Assembly (NCBI GenBank): GCA_965206595.1
Contig: OZ242214.1
Location: forward strand, 160,001-224,000
From: Candidatus Latescibacterota bacterium
GTDB lineage: Bacteria > Latescibacterota > UBA2968 > UBA8231
Direction: 5' to 3'
Length of the DNA: 64,000 nt
This document shows positions 1 through 8,700 of the stretch, one piece after another. Numbering within the stretch: the first letter of the stretch is position 1; every line of letters starts with the position of its first letter. Made by a program: the position numbers and the translations under genes. Below the pieces are notes generated by a model. The model made no database searches, had not been told where the DNA came from, and saw only the letters and a program-made list of their open reading frames with translations.

Positions 1-792
1 CGGCGCCACGATCTCCGCTTCGACTCGGGCCGTCATCCCGGCGGTCATGACCGGCGCCGGAGCGTACGCTCCCATTCCCCCTGTATTGGGGCCGCGGTCC
101 CCGTCGAATATCGCCTTGTGGTCCTGGGCCGGAACGAGGCTGACGAACTCGTCGCCGTCGGTGATGGAAAACAGCGAGGCCTCTTCGCCGTCCATGAAAT
201 CCTCGATGACGACCTCGGAGCCGGCGTCGCCGAACTGACGGTCGACCATGCGCTCACGCACCGCGGCGACCGCCTCCTCAGCCCGGTGGCAGACCGCCAC
301 TCCTTTTCCCGCGGCCAGGCCGGTCGCCTTTACGACGATCGGCGTCCCCCTCTCCTCGACGTAGGCAAGCGCTTCCCCGCTGTCGGTGAAGGTGCGGTGG
401 GCCGCGGTCGGCACCCCGATCCGGGCCATCAGCTCTTTCGAGAAGCGCTTGTCGGTTTCGATGCGCGCCGCCGCGGCGGTCGGACCGAACACAGGCAGCC
501 CCGCGGCCGTGAACTCGTCGACGAGGCCGCCGGCGAGGGCATCATCGGGACCGACGACCGTCAGGGCGATCCGCCGCTCCGAGGCGAAGTCGCGCAGCCT
601 GAGAATCTCGAAGCGCAGCCTCTCCATGTCCGAGGAAGGGGTGTCGACGCGTATATCCGGGAGGCAGGCGGCCAGCGCGGCCAGGCCCGGGCTCCCGGGC
701 GCGGCGAAGATTTCGGATACGAGCGGACTCCGGGCGATCTTCCACGCGAGAGCGTGCTCCCGCCCACCTTTGCCGACGATCAACACCTTCAT
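1..792 (-). CDS. purD: Phosphoribosylamine--glycine ligase (runs off left edge)
   Basis: Not in ORF track; manual minus-strand translation from ATG at 792 gives MKVLIVGKGGREHALAWKIARSPL...VVGPDDALAGGLVD...FGPTAAAARIE, the PurD N-terminal signature. Confidence 0.95.
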   Translation of the reverse strand, partial: MKVLIVGKGGREHALAWKIARSPLVSEIFAAPGSPGLAALAACLPDIRVDTPSSDMERLRFEILRLRDFASERRIALTVVGPDDALAGGLVDEFTAAGLPVFGPTAAAARIETDKRFSKELMARIGVPTAAHRTFTDSGEALAYVEERGTPIVVKATGLAAGKGVAVCHRAEEAVAAVRERMVDRQFGDAGSEVVIEDFMDGEEASLFSITDGDEFVSLVPAQDHKAIFDGDRGPNTGGMGAYAPAPVMTAGMTARVEAEIVAP

Positions 793-834
793 GCAGCGGT
801 CTCCTCGTGATTTGGGGCAGGAAGCCTGCTCGAA

Positions 835-1785
835 CTACGCGTATCCGAACTCCTTCAGGTCGCGGTCGCGGTTGCGCCAGTCGCGGCGCACCTTTACCCG
901 CAGCTCGAGATAAACCTCGCGGTCGAGCAGCTCTTCGATGCCCGCCCTGGCGCGGCTGCCGATTCTCTTCAGCATGCTGCCCCCGCGCCCGATGACGATC
1001 CCCTTCTGGCTCTCGCGGTCGACGTAGAGAACCGCGCTGACGTAGGTCTTTTCCCGTCTGGGGGAATCCCCTCGACGGGAGCCTTCCGCTTCGGGGTCGC
1101 GGAAGTCATCGACGTCGACGGCGATCGCGTAGGGCAACTCCTCGGAAAGCTGTTCGAAGGCCGCCTCGCGGACCAGCTCGCCGGCAAAGAACCGCTCCGG
1201 CTGGTCGGCGATGACCTCGTCCGGGTAGAGCCTCGCCCCCAACGGCAGCGCCGCTTCCAGCTCGGCCAGCAACGGGGGGACGTTCTCCCCCGTGACGGCT
1301 GAAACCGCACGCAGGGTATCCAGGCCGAGGTCGCCGGCGACAGCGGCGGCAACCCGCTCGCGGGAATCCTTCGGGATCGTATCGATCTTGTTCAGCGCCG
1401 CCATCACCGGTGCCTTCGCTCTCTCAAGGAAGGAGCTTACCAGGTCGATGCGGTTGCGCGGCCGCGATCCGTCGACGAGCAGCAGGATCACGTCGGCGTC
1501 GCGGGCCGAGCGGTCGATCTGACGTCCCATGGTCTCGTGCAGGCGGTAGCTCGGCTCCAGGAGGCCAGGGGTGTCGAGGAAGATCATCTGGCTCTCCGGG
1601 CGGCTGAGGATTCCGCGAATGCTGCAGCGCGTCGTCTGGGCCTTGGCGGTGACGATCGACAGCCGCTGCCCGAGGAAGGCGTTGAACAGGGTCGACTTGC
1701 CCGCGTTCGGCCGCCCGACGAGGGCGACGTATCCGCAGCGTGTGGCGGCGGACGGGGTAGGTGGATCGTTGGCTGGTGCGCTCAG
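835..1785 (-). CDS. era: GTPase Era
   Basis: Frame is open upstream of the track start (1587): CGYVALVGRPNAGKSTL (G1), KAQTTR, DTPG (G3), NKID (G4), KH domain with GIVIGRGG. Probable CTG start at 1785 overlapping the upstream TGA. Confidence 0.93.
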   Translation of the reverse strand: MSAPANDPPTPSAATRCGYVALVGRPNAGKSTLFNAFLGQRLSIVTAKAQTTRCSIRGILSRPESQMIFLDTPGLLEPSYRLHETMGRQIDRSARDADVILLLVDGSRPRNRIDLVSSFLERAKAPVMAALNKIDTIPKDSRERVAAAVAGDLGLDTLRAVSAVTGENVPPLLAELEAALPLGARLYPDEVIADQPERFFAGELVREAAFEQLSEELPYAIAVDVDDFRDPEAEGSRRGDSPRREKTYVSAVLYVDRESQKGIVIGRGGSMLKRIGSRARAGIEELLDREVYLELRVKVRRDWRNRDRDLKEFGYA

Positions 1786-2711
1786 AAGTCCGTGGTCGCC
1801 GAGAAGACGTAGGTCGCCTCGAGATCGTGCCGCTGATAGGCCAGGTCCAGCCGCAGCATGTCGTGCGCCCGGATGCCGATACCGAAGGCCTGGCGCTCTT
1901 CCTGGAGACCCGTTCTCAGGGCGAGCCTTCCCAGGTCGTACTCGATCCCTGCAAGCATCGCGGCGGCTCCGCCGGAGGCGTCGCCCCCCCCGGTACCCCC
2001 CAGCGCGAGATTGGCACGGCCCTGCCCCACGGCCCGGGTGATTGCGGCGGCGAGGAGGACGGAAGGCCGGATGGGGTCGCTGGTACCGGTGCTCCAGGAA
2101 ATCGGCGAGGTGGGGGCATCACGCAGGACCGCGGCGATAGCCACTCCCGGGGACAGGCGAAAGCGGGCGCCGAGGTCGAGCCCGGCTCCGTAGGCGCTGA
2201 AGCTCGCCACGGTTCTGTACACGACTTTCACGCTCGCCCCGAGGTCAAGGCGGTCCGAGGCGCAGCGGCCGGCGGATAGGTACAGGGCGTAGTCCGAACT
2301 GACCTCCATGGAGGAGACCTGCGGCCGGTTGTCGGCACTCAGAGGGGCGCCGGGATCGGGCAGCGCCGTGAAAGCGATGTCGCCTACGGCCAGCCGCAAC
2401 ATCCCGACCGAAACGCCGTCGAAGAGCAGAAACCGCTCGAAGTTGACGGCGGCGAAGTCGTGCGAGACGAGACCGGCATACCGCTCGGAGTGCATCAGGT
2501 GGGCGCTGCGCTCGAGACCGGTCAGGGCCGCCGGGTTCCAGTAACCGGCGGTCGCGTCGTCGACCAGGGCGAGGCTGGCGCTCCCGAGAGCGAGGCCGCG
2601 AGCCCCGGCTCCGACGGCGAGAAACTCGCCGGCATAGCCTGTGTCCGCGGAGGCCGGCCCCCGGCCGGGGAGCAGGATCACGGCGGCGAGCAGAATCGGG
2701 GGAAATTTCAT
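1782..2711 (-). CDS. PorV/PorQ-like (UPF0164-type) outer-membrane beta-barrel protein
   Basis: Signal peptide, then FLAVGAGARGLALGSA...DATAGYWNPAAL motif, amphipathic beta-strands, C-terminal Phe. Confidence 0.75.
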   Translation of the reverse strand: MKFPPILLAAVILLPGRGPASADTGYAGEFLAVGAGARGLALGSASLALVDDATAGYWNPAALTGLERSAHLMHSERYAGLVSHDFAAVNFERFLLFDGVSVGMLRLAVGDIAFTALPDPGAPLSADNRPQVSSMEVSSDYALYLSAGRCASDRLDLGASVKVVYRTVASFSAYGAGLDLGARFRLSPGVAIAAVLRDAPTSPISWSTGTSDPIRPSVLLAAAITRAVGQGRANLALGGTGGGDASGGAAAMLAGIEYDLGRLALRTGLQEERQAFGIGIRAHDMLRLDLAYQRHDLEATYVFSATTDF

Positions 2712-2764
2712 TGCGGAAAGTGTATGTGGGGCCCCGGGGAGGGTCAAGAAAGTCGGACGCCGGC

Positions 2765-4120
2765 TCAGCTTACCAATATGAGACGCAGGTCCATCACATT
2801 TGTGCCCGTGGGCCCGATCATCAGAAGGTCGTTCAGCGGCCGGAAGAAGTGGTAGGAGTCGTTGTTGTCGAGGAAGCTGACCGGGTCGAGTCCGTGTTCG
2901 CGGGCGCGGGGGACGGTGTCGCCGTCACAGACCGCGCCCGCGGCATCGGTAGGCCCGTCGGTGCCGTCGGTGCCGCTGCTCAGAACCGTGATCCCTTCGC
3001 CGCCTTCCAGCAACAGGGCCGCGGCAAGGGCGAACTCCTGGTTGCGCCCCCCCTTTCCCGTGCCCCTGACGGCAACCGTGGTTTCCCCGCCGCTGATGAT
3101 GCAGGCGGGCGGGGCGACAGGCTGGCCGCTGGCCGCGACCTCTTCGGCGATGGCGACGTGGACGCCTGCCACTTCCCGGGTTTCGCCTGCGATCCGTGAG
3201 GACAGCACGAGTGGCTCGTAACCCAGCTCGCGCGCCTTGCGCTCCGCCGCCCCGATAGCAAGGCTGTTGTTCCCGACTACCAGATTGAGGGCGTTGCGGA
3301 AACAGTCCTCCCCGGCCCCGGGAGTATCGGCCGTTTTTTCAAGACGCCCCTCTTCGATGCAGGTGAGAACTGCCTCGGGAATCCTCGACTGGATTCCGTA
3401 GCGCGCGAAGATCGCGTCACAATCGGCAAAGGAGGTCGGGTCGGGGTAGGTCGGCCCCGAGGCGATGGTGTCGAGCCGGTCCCCGATGACGTCGGAAATC
3501 ATCAGGGACAGGGTCGGGGCGGGGTGCGAGAGCCGGGCGAGACGGCCCCCCTTGAGGCGGGACAGGTGCTTGCGAACCGCGTTTATCTCGGCGATGGTCG
3601 CACCGCAGGCCAGCAGCTCCCGGGTCGTCAGCTGCTTTTCGGCGAGGGTGATCTCCGGGACCGGAGCGGGCATCAGCGCCGACCCTCCCCCGGAGAAGAG
3701 ACACAGCAGCAGCGTCGAATCGCCGCAGCGGCCAGCGAGCTCCAGCATCTTCAGGGTTCCGGCGACGCCTGCTTCGTCCGGTAGCGGGTGCCCTGCTTCC
3801 GTCGTCTCGATGCGCTCGAGAGGCACCGCGTGTCCGTACTTGGTGTTGATCGCCCCCGCGGTGATGCGGTTCCCGAGGCGCTCTTCCACCGCGGCAGCCA
3901 TCGCCGGGGTCGCCTTGCCCGCACCGATCACCAATATCTCGGTGAACCGGTCCAGATCGTAGGACCTGCCTGCCACGAGAAGGCGTCCGCAATCGACCTG
4001 CAACGCCTCGAGCACGCATCGGTGCGGGTCGGCCGCGGCCACGGCCGCCGCGAAGATATCGGAGGCATCGGCTCGCCGCTGTTCCGCCCGGGTACGGCGG
4101 GAGGCGCCGGAGGGCGGCAT
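2765..4120 (-). CDS. Glycerate 2-kinase (MOFRL/TtuD family)
   Basis: GAGKA, EAGHPLPD, SGGGSAL, SDVIGD..IASGPT, GGETTV, GGRNQE, GTDGTDGPTDAAGA and GPTGTNVMD motifs. Confidence 0.93.
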   Translation of the reverse strand: MPPSGASRRTRAEQRRADASDIFAAAVAAADPHRCVLEALQVDCGRLLVAGRSYDLDRFTEILVIGAGKATPAMAAAVEERLGNRITAGAINTKYGHAVPLERIETTEAGHPLPDEAGVAGTLKMLELAGRCGDSTLLLCLFSGGGSALMPAPVPEITLAEKQLTTRELLACGATIAEINAVRKHLSRLKGGRLARLSHPAPTLSLMISDVIGDRLDTIASGPTYPDPTSFADCDAIFARYGIQSRIPEAVLTCIEEGRLEKTADTPGAGEDCFRNALNLVVGNNSLAIGAAERKARELGYEPLVLSSRIAGETREVAGVHVAIAEEVAASGQPVAPPACIISGGETTVAVRGTGKGGRNQEFALAAALLLEGGEGITVLSSGTDGTDGPTDAAGAVCDGDTVPRAREHGLDPVSFLDNNDSYHFFRPLNDLLMIGPTGTNVMDLRLILVS

Positions 4121-4248
4121 CAGGGAAGCGGCCCTGGGCAGAGCGGATTCCGGGCGGGGTTCATACAGGTTGGGGCTGTCTCCGAAGTCGGCTTTCCGGC
4201 TCGCCCTTCCAAAGCGGTTTCCACAAACAACCGGCGGGATGGTGGGGT

Positions 4249-4878
4249 TCAGTATTGCCGCATAAGGCCGACGACCTTGCCGGCGATGCGGAACTCCCCG
4301 CTCTCTCCAGTGACCACGATCGGGGCGAAGTTGTCGTTCTCGGGAAGAAGTCGTACCCCCGATTTATCGCGCTGGAAGCGTTTGACCGTGGCCTCGTCGT
4401 CGATCAGGGCGACGACGATCTCACCCCCTTCGGCGGTTTCCTGGTGCCGTGCAACGACGATGTCGCCGTCGAGTATACCGGCATCGCGCATGCTCTCCCC
4501 GTGCACGCGCAGGGCGAACAGTTCTCCGGATGCCTGGGCGATCGCCCTGTCGACCTGCAGCGTTGTTTCCACGTTCTCCTCCGCCAGTATCGGGGTGCCC
4601 GCGGCGACATGGCCGAGCAGCGGGATCTCGAGGGTGTTTCCCGCCCGCGGTATGCGCTCCGCGAAATCGACCAGCTCGATCCCGCGCGACAGGCGCGGAT
4701 GCCGGCGTATGTATCCCTTCTTTTCCAGCGCCGCCAGGGTGGTGCGGACGCCGTTCGTGGAGGATATGCCGAACTCCACCATGATTTCCCGTATCGTCGG
4801 AGGGGCTCCGCGGCTGCGGATGATCCCCGCAATGAAATCGAAGATGGTCTGCTGTCTGGACGTCAGGCTTTTGCGCAT
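4249..4878 (-). CDS. lexA: SOS repressor LexA
   Basis: N-terminal wHTH (PPTIREI), VAAG cleavage site, GESM (Ser) and TVKRF (Lys) catalytic motifs. Confidence 0.97.
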   Translation of the reverse strand: MRKSLTSRQQTIFDFIAGIIRSRGAPPTIREIMVEFGISSTNGVRTTLAALEKKGYIRRHPRLSRGIELVDFAERIPRAGNTLEIPLLGHVAAGTPILAEENVETTLQVDRAIAQASGELFALRVHGESMRDAGILDGDIVVARHQETAEGGEIVVALIDDEATVKRFQRDKSGVRLLPENDNFAPIVVTGESGEFRIAGKVVGLMRQY

Positions 4879-4962
4879 GCCGAAAAGCTCCTGGTTCGCT
4901 CCGTGGAATGCCGCACGCTCTGTTCCGGCACCGAATGTGGGGAAAAACGGACGGTGCCTCTA

Positions 4963-4991
4963 TTCATACTGAACATTCGTTCATTTGTCAA
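4963..4991 (-). promoter_or_regulatory. lexA promoter with embedded SOS box GAAC-ATTC-GTTC (4971-4982)
   Basis: Minus strand TTGACA (4991-4986), 17-nt spacer, TATGAA; the GAAC-N4-GTTC palindrome lies inside the spacer. Confidence 0.8.
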
Positions 4992-5106
4992 CGGCCTCCT
5001 TTGCAGGAAACCCGGATATCCCTGTGGGTTTCCTGCGCGTGCCTGGGTTGGAATGAGCACCCTCGGCAAGACCCCCAGCTCGGTCGGCGAAACCGGTGGG
5101 ATGCGA

Positions 5107-5135
5107 TTGACAAAGTTTACCCCGGAGGATAACCT
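5107..5135 (+). promoter_or_regulatory. Sigma70-type promoter for the membrane protein/Fn3 lipoprotein genes
   Basis: TTGACA-17 nt-TAACCT. Confidence 0.6.
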
Positions 5136-5155
5136 AACCAAGCGTCGCCAAAACA

Positions 5156-5716
5156 GTGTGTGAAGGTATCTCAATCACAGCCGGTTCGAACCGGTTCGAA
5201 CCCCTCCCTGCGCCAGACCGGAGTTCCGCAATCTCCGCAAAATCGTCTGCACACGTCACCATTCTTCTTCTGCTCGTCGCCGTCGCCATTCAGGCGGAGG
5301 CGGAGATCGGGGATTTCGCCAGCGCGCGGCGAACCCTTGGGCTGGCTTTCCTAGGGGCCGGCACAGCTCTTGCGGTCAAGGGCTTCGATTACCGCGAGGA
5401 GGCGGATGCTTTCTACGCCGACTACCAGCGCGCCGCCGATCCGATCGAGATCAACAGGTTGTATCAGCGAACCACCAACCGCGACATCAAGGCGCAGGTC
5501 AGCTGGGCCCTGGCGGCTGCCTGCGGAGTTGGCGGGTTGCGCCTGCTGACAACGGGAGACGGCGACCAGGGTGAACGGCCCCGCGAGTCCGAGGCTTCGC
5601 CTGAGAAAGACCCGTCCCGAAACCCGGATTCCCCAAAACCTCGGTTGCAGTTGAAACCCCGACTCGATCCCTCGAGGCGGGGTTTCGGTCTCGAGATTTC
5701 CAGGCTGTTTTTCTGA
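5156..5716 (+). CDS. Hypothetical exported/membrane protein (start uncertain)
   Basis: Signal-like hydrophobic stretch, two further hydrophobic segments, C-terminal FF; upstream of the Fn3 gene. Confidence 0.6.
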   Translation: MCEGISITAGSNRFEPLPAPDRSSAISAKSSAHVTILLLLVAVAIQAEAEIGDFASARRTLGLAFLGAGTALAVKGFDYREEADAFYADYQRAADPIEINRLYQRTTNRDIKAQVSWALAAACGVGGLRLLTTGDGDQGERPRESEASPEKDPSRNPDSPKPRLQLKPRLDPSRRGFGLEISRLFF

Positions 5717-5786
5717 CTGCTCCGGATCACCGGCTTCCCGCTCCTTCGTCATCCCTGCCCATGGCCGCATCGCTTTTGAGAAGCAG

Positions 5787-8700
5787 ATGATCGCGCGCAG
5801 AACCTGTCTCGCCGCCGCCGTCGCAGTCGCCCTCACCGGGACGAGTTGCGACAGGGAACGCAGCAACCCGCTCGATCCCCAGGGGGATTTCGTGCGCAAG
5901 CGCCCCACTACCCCGGCGGGATTGGCTGCGGAGCCGGGAGTAGGCGTGGTGCGGCTGAGCTGGCAGGCGGTCGAGGATCTCGATCTGGCCGGGTACGCCC
6001 TGTTGCGGTCGGAAGACGCTGCCGCGGTATTCACCTTTCTCCCCGGCAGGGGCTCCGGCGGCGCCACCATTACAACCGGGAAGACCTCCTTCGTCGACTC
6101 GCTGCATTCCTTCGCGGGGAGGACCTTTTTCTATCGCGTCGCCGCGGTCGACACCTCCGGGCTGCAGAGCCTGCCGTCCGGTTTCGTAGGGGCCACGGTG
6201 CTCGAGGACAAGGTCGCACCAGAGCCGCCCCGGAGCCTGGCGGCGATTCCGGACGAGAGCGAGCCGCGCGTCACCCTCCTGTGGACACCTCCGGTGCGCG
6301 ACGCTGGCGGCGGGGAGCTTTCCGGGTTGGCCGGGTATGCGATCCTGCGGGGGGAACCGGAGTCGGGCGGAACCGTGCCTGTCGACACTGTCGCCGCGGA
6401 GACCCGGCAGTACGTCGACGAGGGCCTGAAAGCGCTGACGTCGTACAGCTATTCGATAGTGGCCTTCGACCAGGCGGGTAATACGAGCAGCCTTTCGCAG
6501 GTCGTGCAGGTCACCACGCCGGGGTTGCCGGTTCCCGCCAACCTCGCGGCGCAATCCGGACCGGGCCGCATCGAGGTGAGCTGGGTGGCGGTGGAAGACG
6601 AGGAGCTTCTGGGGTACAACGTGTATCGTTCGGAGCGCCCCGACGAGTCGTTCGAGCGGTTGCCTGGGACGGAGGGGACGCCCTTCACGACAGGTCGCAC
6701 GAGCTACGTGGATACGAGCGTGGCGGTGGGCCGTCCGTATTACTACAAGGTGCAGTCGGTGGGGCGGACGCACCGTTCGGAGCTGTCGGTGTTCGTGGAC
6801 GGGGAGGCGCTGGCGGACGAGGTGCCTCCGGAGTCACCGCGCAACCTGTCGGCGCTGGCGGACGAATCGGAGTTTGGCCGGGTGACGGTGACGTGGAACG
6901 CCCCTCTGAGGGATGACGACCGGGGTGAGCTGACCGGCCTGTCCGGGTATCGGGTGTTCCGGTCTCAGGGAACGACGGACTCGTTCGTGCAGGTGGCGGC
7001 GGTGTCCGAGGCTCGGTATGAGGACAGCGGGTTGGAGGAGTCGACGACGTATTACTACACGGTGTTGGCGGTGGACGGGTCGGGGAACGAGTCGGGGCGT
7101 GCGGCGCCGGTGCGGGTGAAGACGCAGGGGGCCGACGAGGTTTCTCCTGGAGTGCCCCGGAACGTGTCGGCGGTTGCGGAGGGGGGTTTCACGGACCGGA
7201 TTGCGGTACGCTGGAGCGCGCCGACGACGGACGCGGACGGGGGTGAGCTGACGGGGTTGTCGGGGTTCACGGTGTATCGCTCGGAGGGGGTATCGGGTTC
7301 GCTGGTGTCGGTGGCGACGGTGGGACCGGAGGTCCGGGAGTATGTGGACGAAGGGTTGCGGTCGCTGACGGAGTATGGGTATGCGGTGACCGCGTTCGAC
7401 GGTTCGGGCAACGAGTCGGGTCAGTCCGGGTTGTCTCGAGCGCGCACGGAGGGGATTGCGATTCCGTCGGGGGTCCGGGCAGAGGACGGTATCGGCCGCA
7501 TCGAGGTGAGCTGGGCGGCGGTGGAAGACGAGGAGCTTCTGGGGTACAACGTGTATCGTTCGGAGCGCCCCGACGAGTCGTTCGAGCGGTTGCCTGGGAC
7601 GGAGGGGACGCCCTTCACGACAGGTCGCACGAGCTACGTGGATACGAGCGTGGCGGTGGGCCGTCCGTATTACTACAAGGTGCAGTCGGTGGGGCGGACG
7701 CACCGTTCGGAGCTGTCGGTGTTCGTGGACGGGGAGGCGCTGGCGGACGAGGTGCCTCCGGAGTCACCGCGCAACCTGTCGGCGCTGGCGGACGAATCGG
7801 AGTTTGGCCGGGTGACGGTGACGTGGAACGCCCCTCTGAGGGATGACGACCGGGGTGAGCTGACCGGCCTGTCCGGGTATCGGGTGTTCCGGTCTCAGGG
7901 AACGACGGACTCGTTCGTGCAGGTGGCGGCGGTGTCCGAGGCTCGGTATGAGGACAGCGGGTTGGAGGAGTCGACGACGTATTACTACACGGTGTTGGCG
8001 GTGGACGGGTCGGGGAACGAGTCGGGGCGTGCGGCGCCGGTGCGGGTGAAGACGCAGGGGGCCGACGAGGTTTCTCCTGGAGTGCCCCGGAACGTGTCGG
8101 CGGTTGCGGAGGGGGGTTTCACGGACCGGATTGCGGTACGCTGGAGCGCGCCGACGACGGACGCGGACGGGGGTGAGCTGACGGGGTTGTCGGGGTTCAC
8201 GGTGTATCGCTCGGAGGGGGTATCGGGTTCGCTGGTGTCGGTGGCGACGGTGGGACCGGAGGTCCGGGAGTATGTGGACGAGGGCCTTCGGTCGCTGACG
8301 GAGTATGGGTATGCGGTGACCGCGTTCGACGGTTCGGGCAACGAGTCGGGTCAGTCCGGGTTGTCTCGAGCGCGCACGGAGGGGATCGCGATTCCGTCGG
8401 GGGTCCGGGCAGAGGACGGTATCGGCCGCATCGAGGTGAGCTGGGCGGCGGTGGAAGACGAGGGGTTGATCGGCTACAACGTCTACCGCTCGCGTCGTCC
8501 CGACCTGGAGTTCGAGCGACTGGGTTCGGCAACGGGGGCGTCGTTCACGACGGCCCGTACGAGCTACGTCGATTCGAATCTGGTTGCCGGGGCGCGCTAT
8601 TACTACAAGGTGTCGTCGGTGTCGTCGGCATTTGAAAGCGAGCTGTCCGGATATGTCGGCGGGGAGTCCCGGTCGGACGCCTCGGCCCCGGAGCCTCCGG

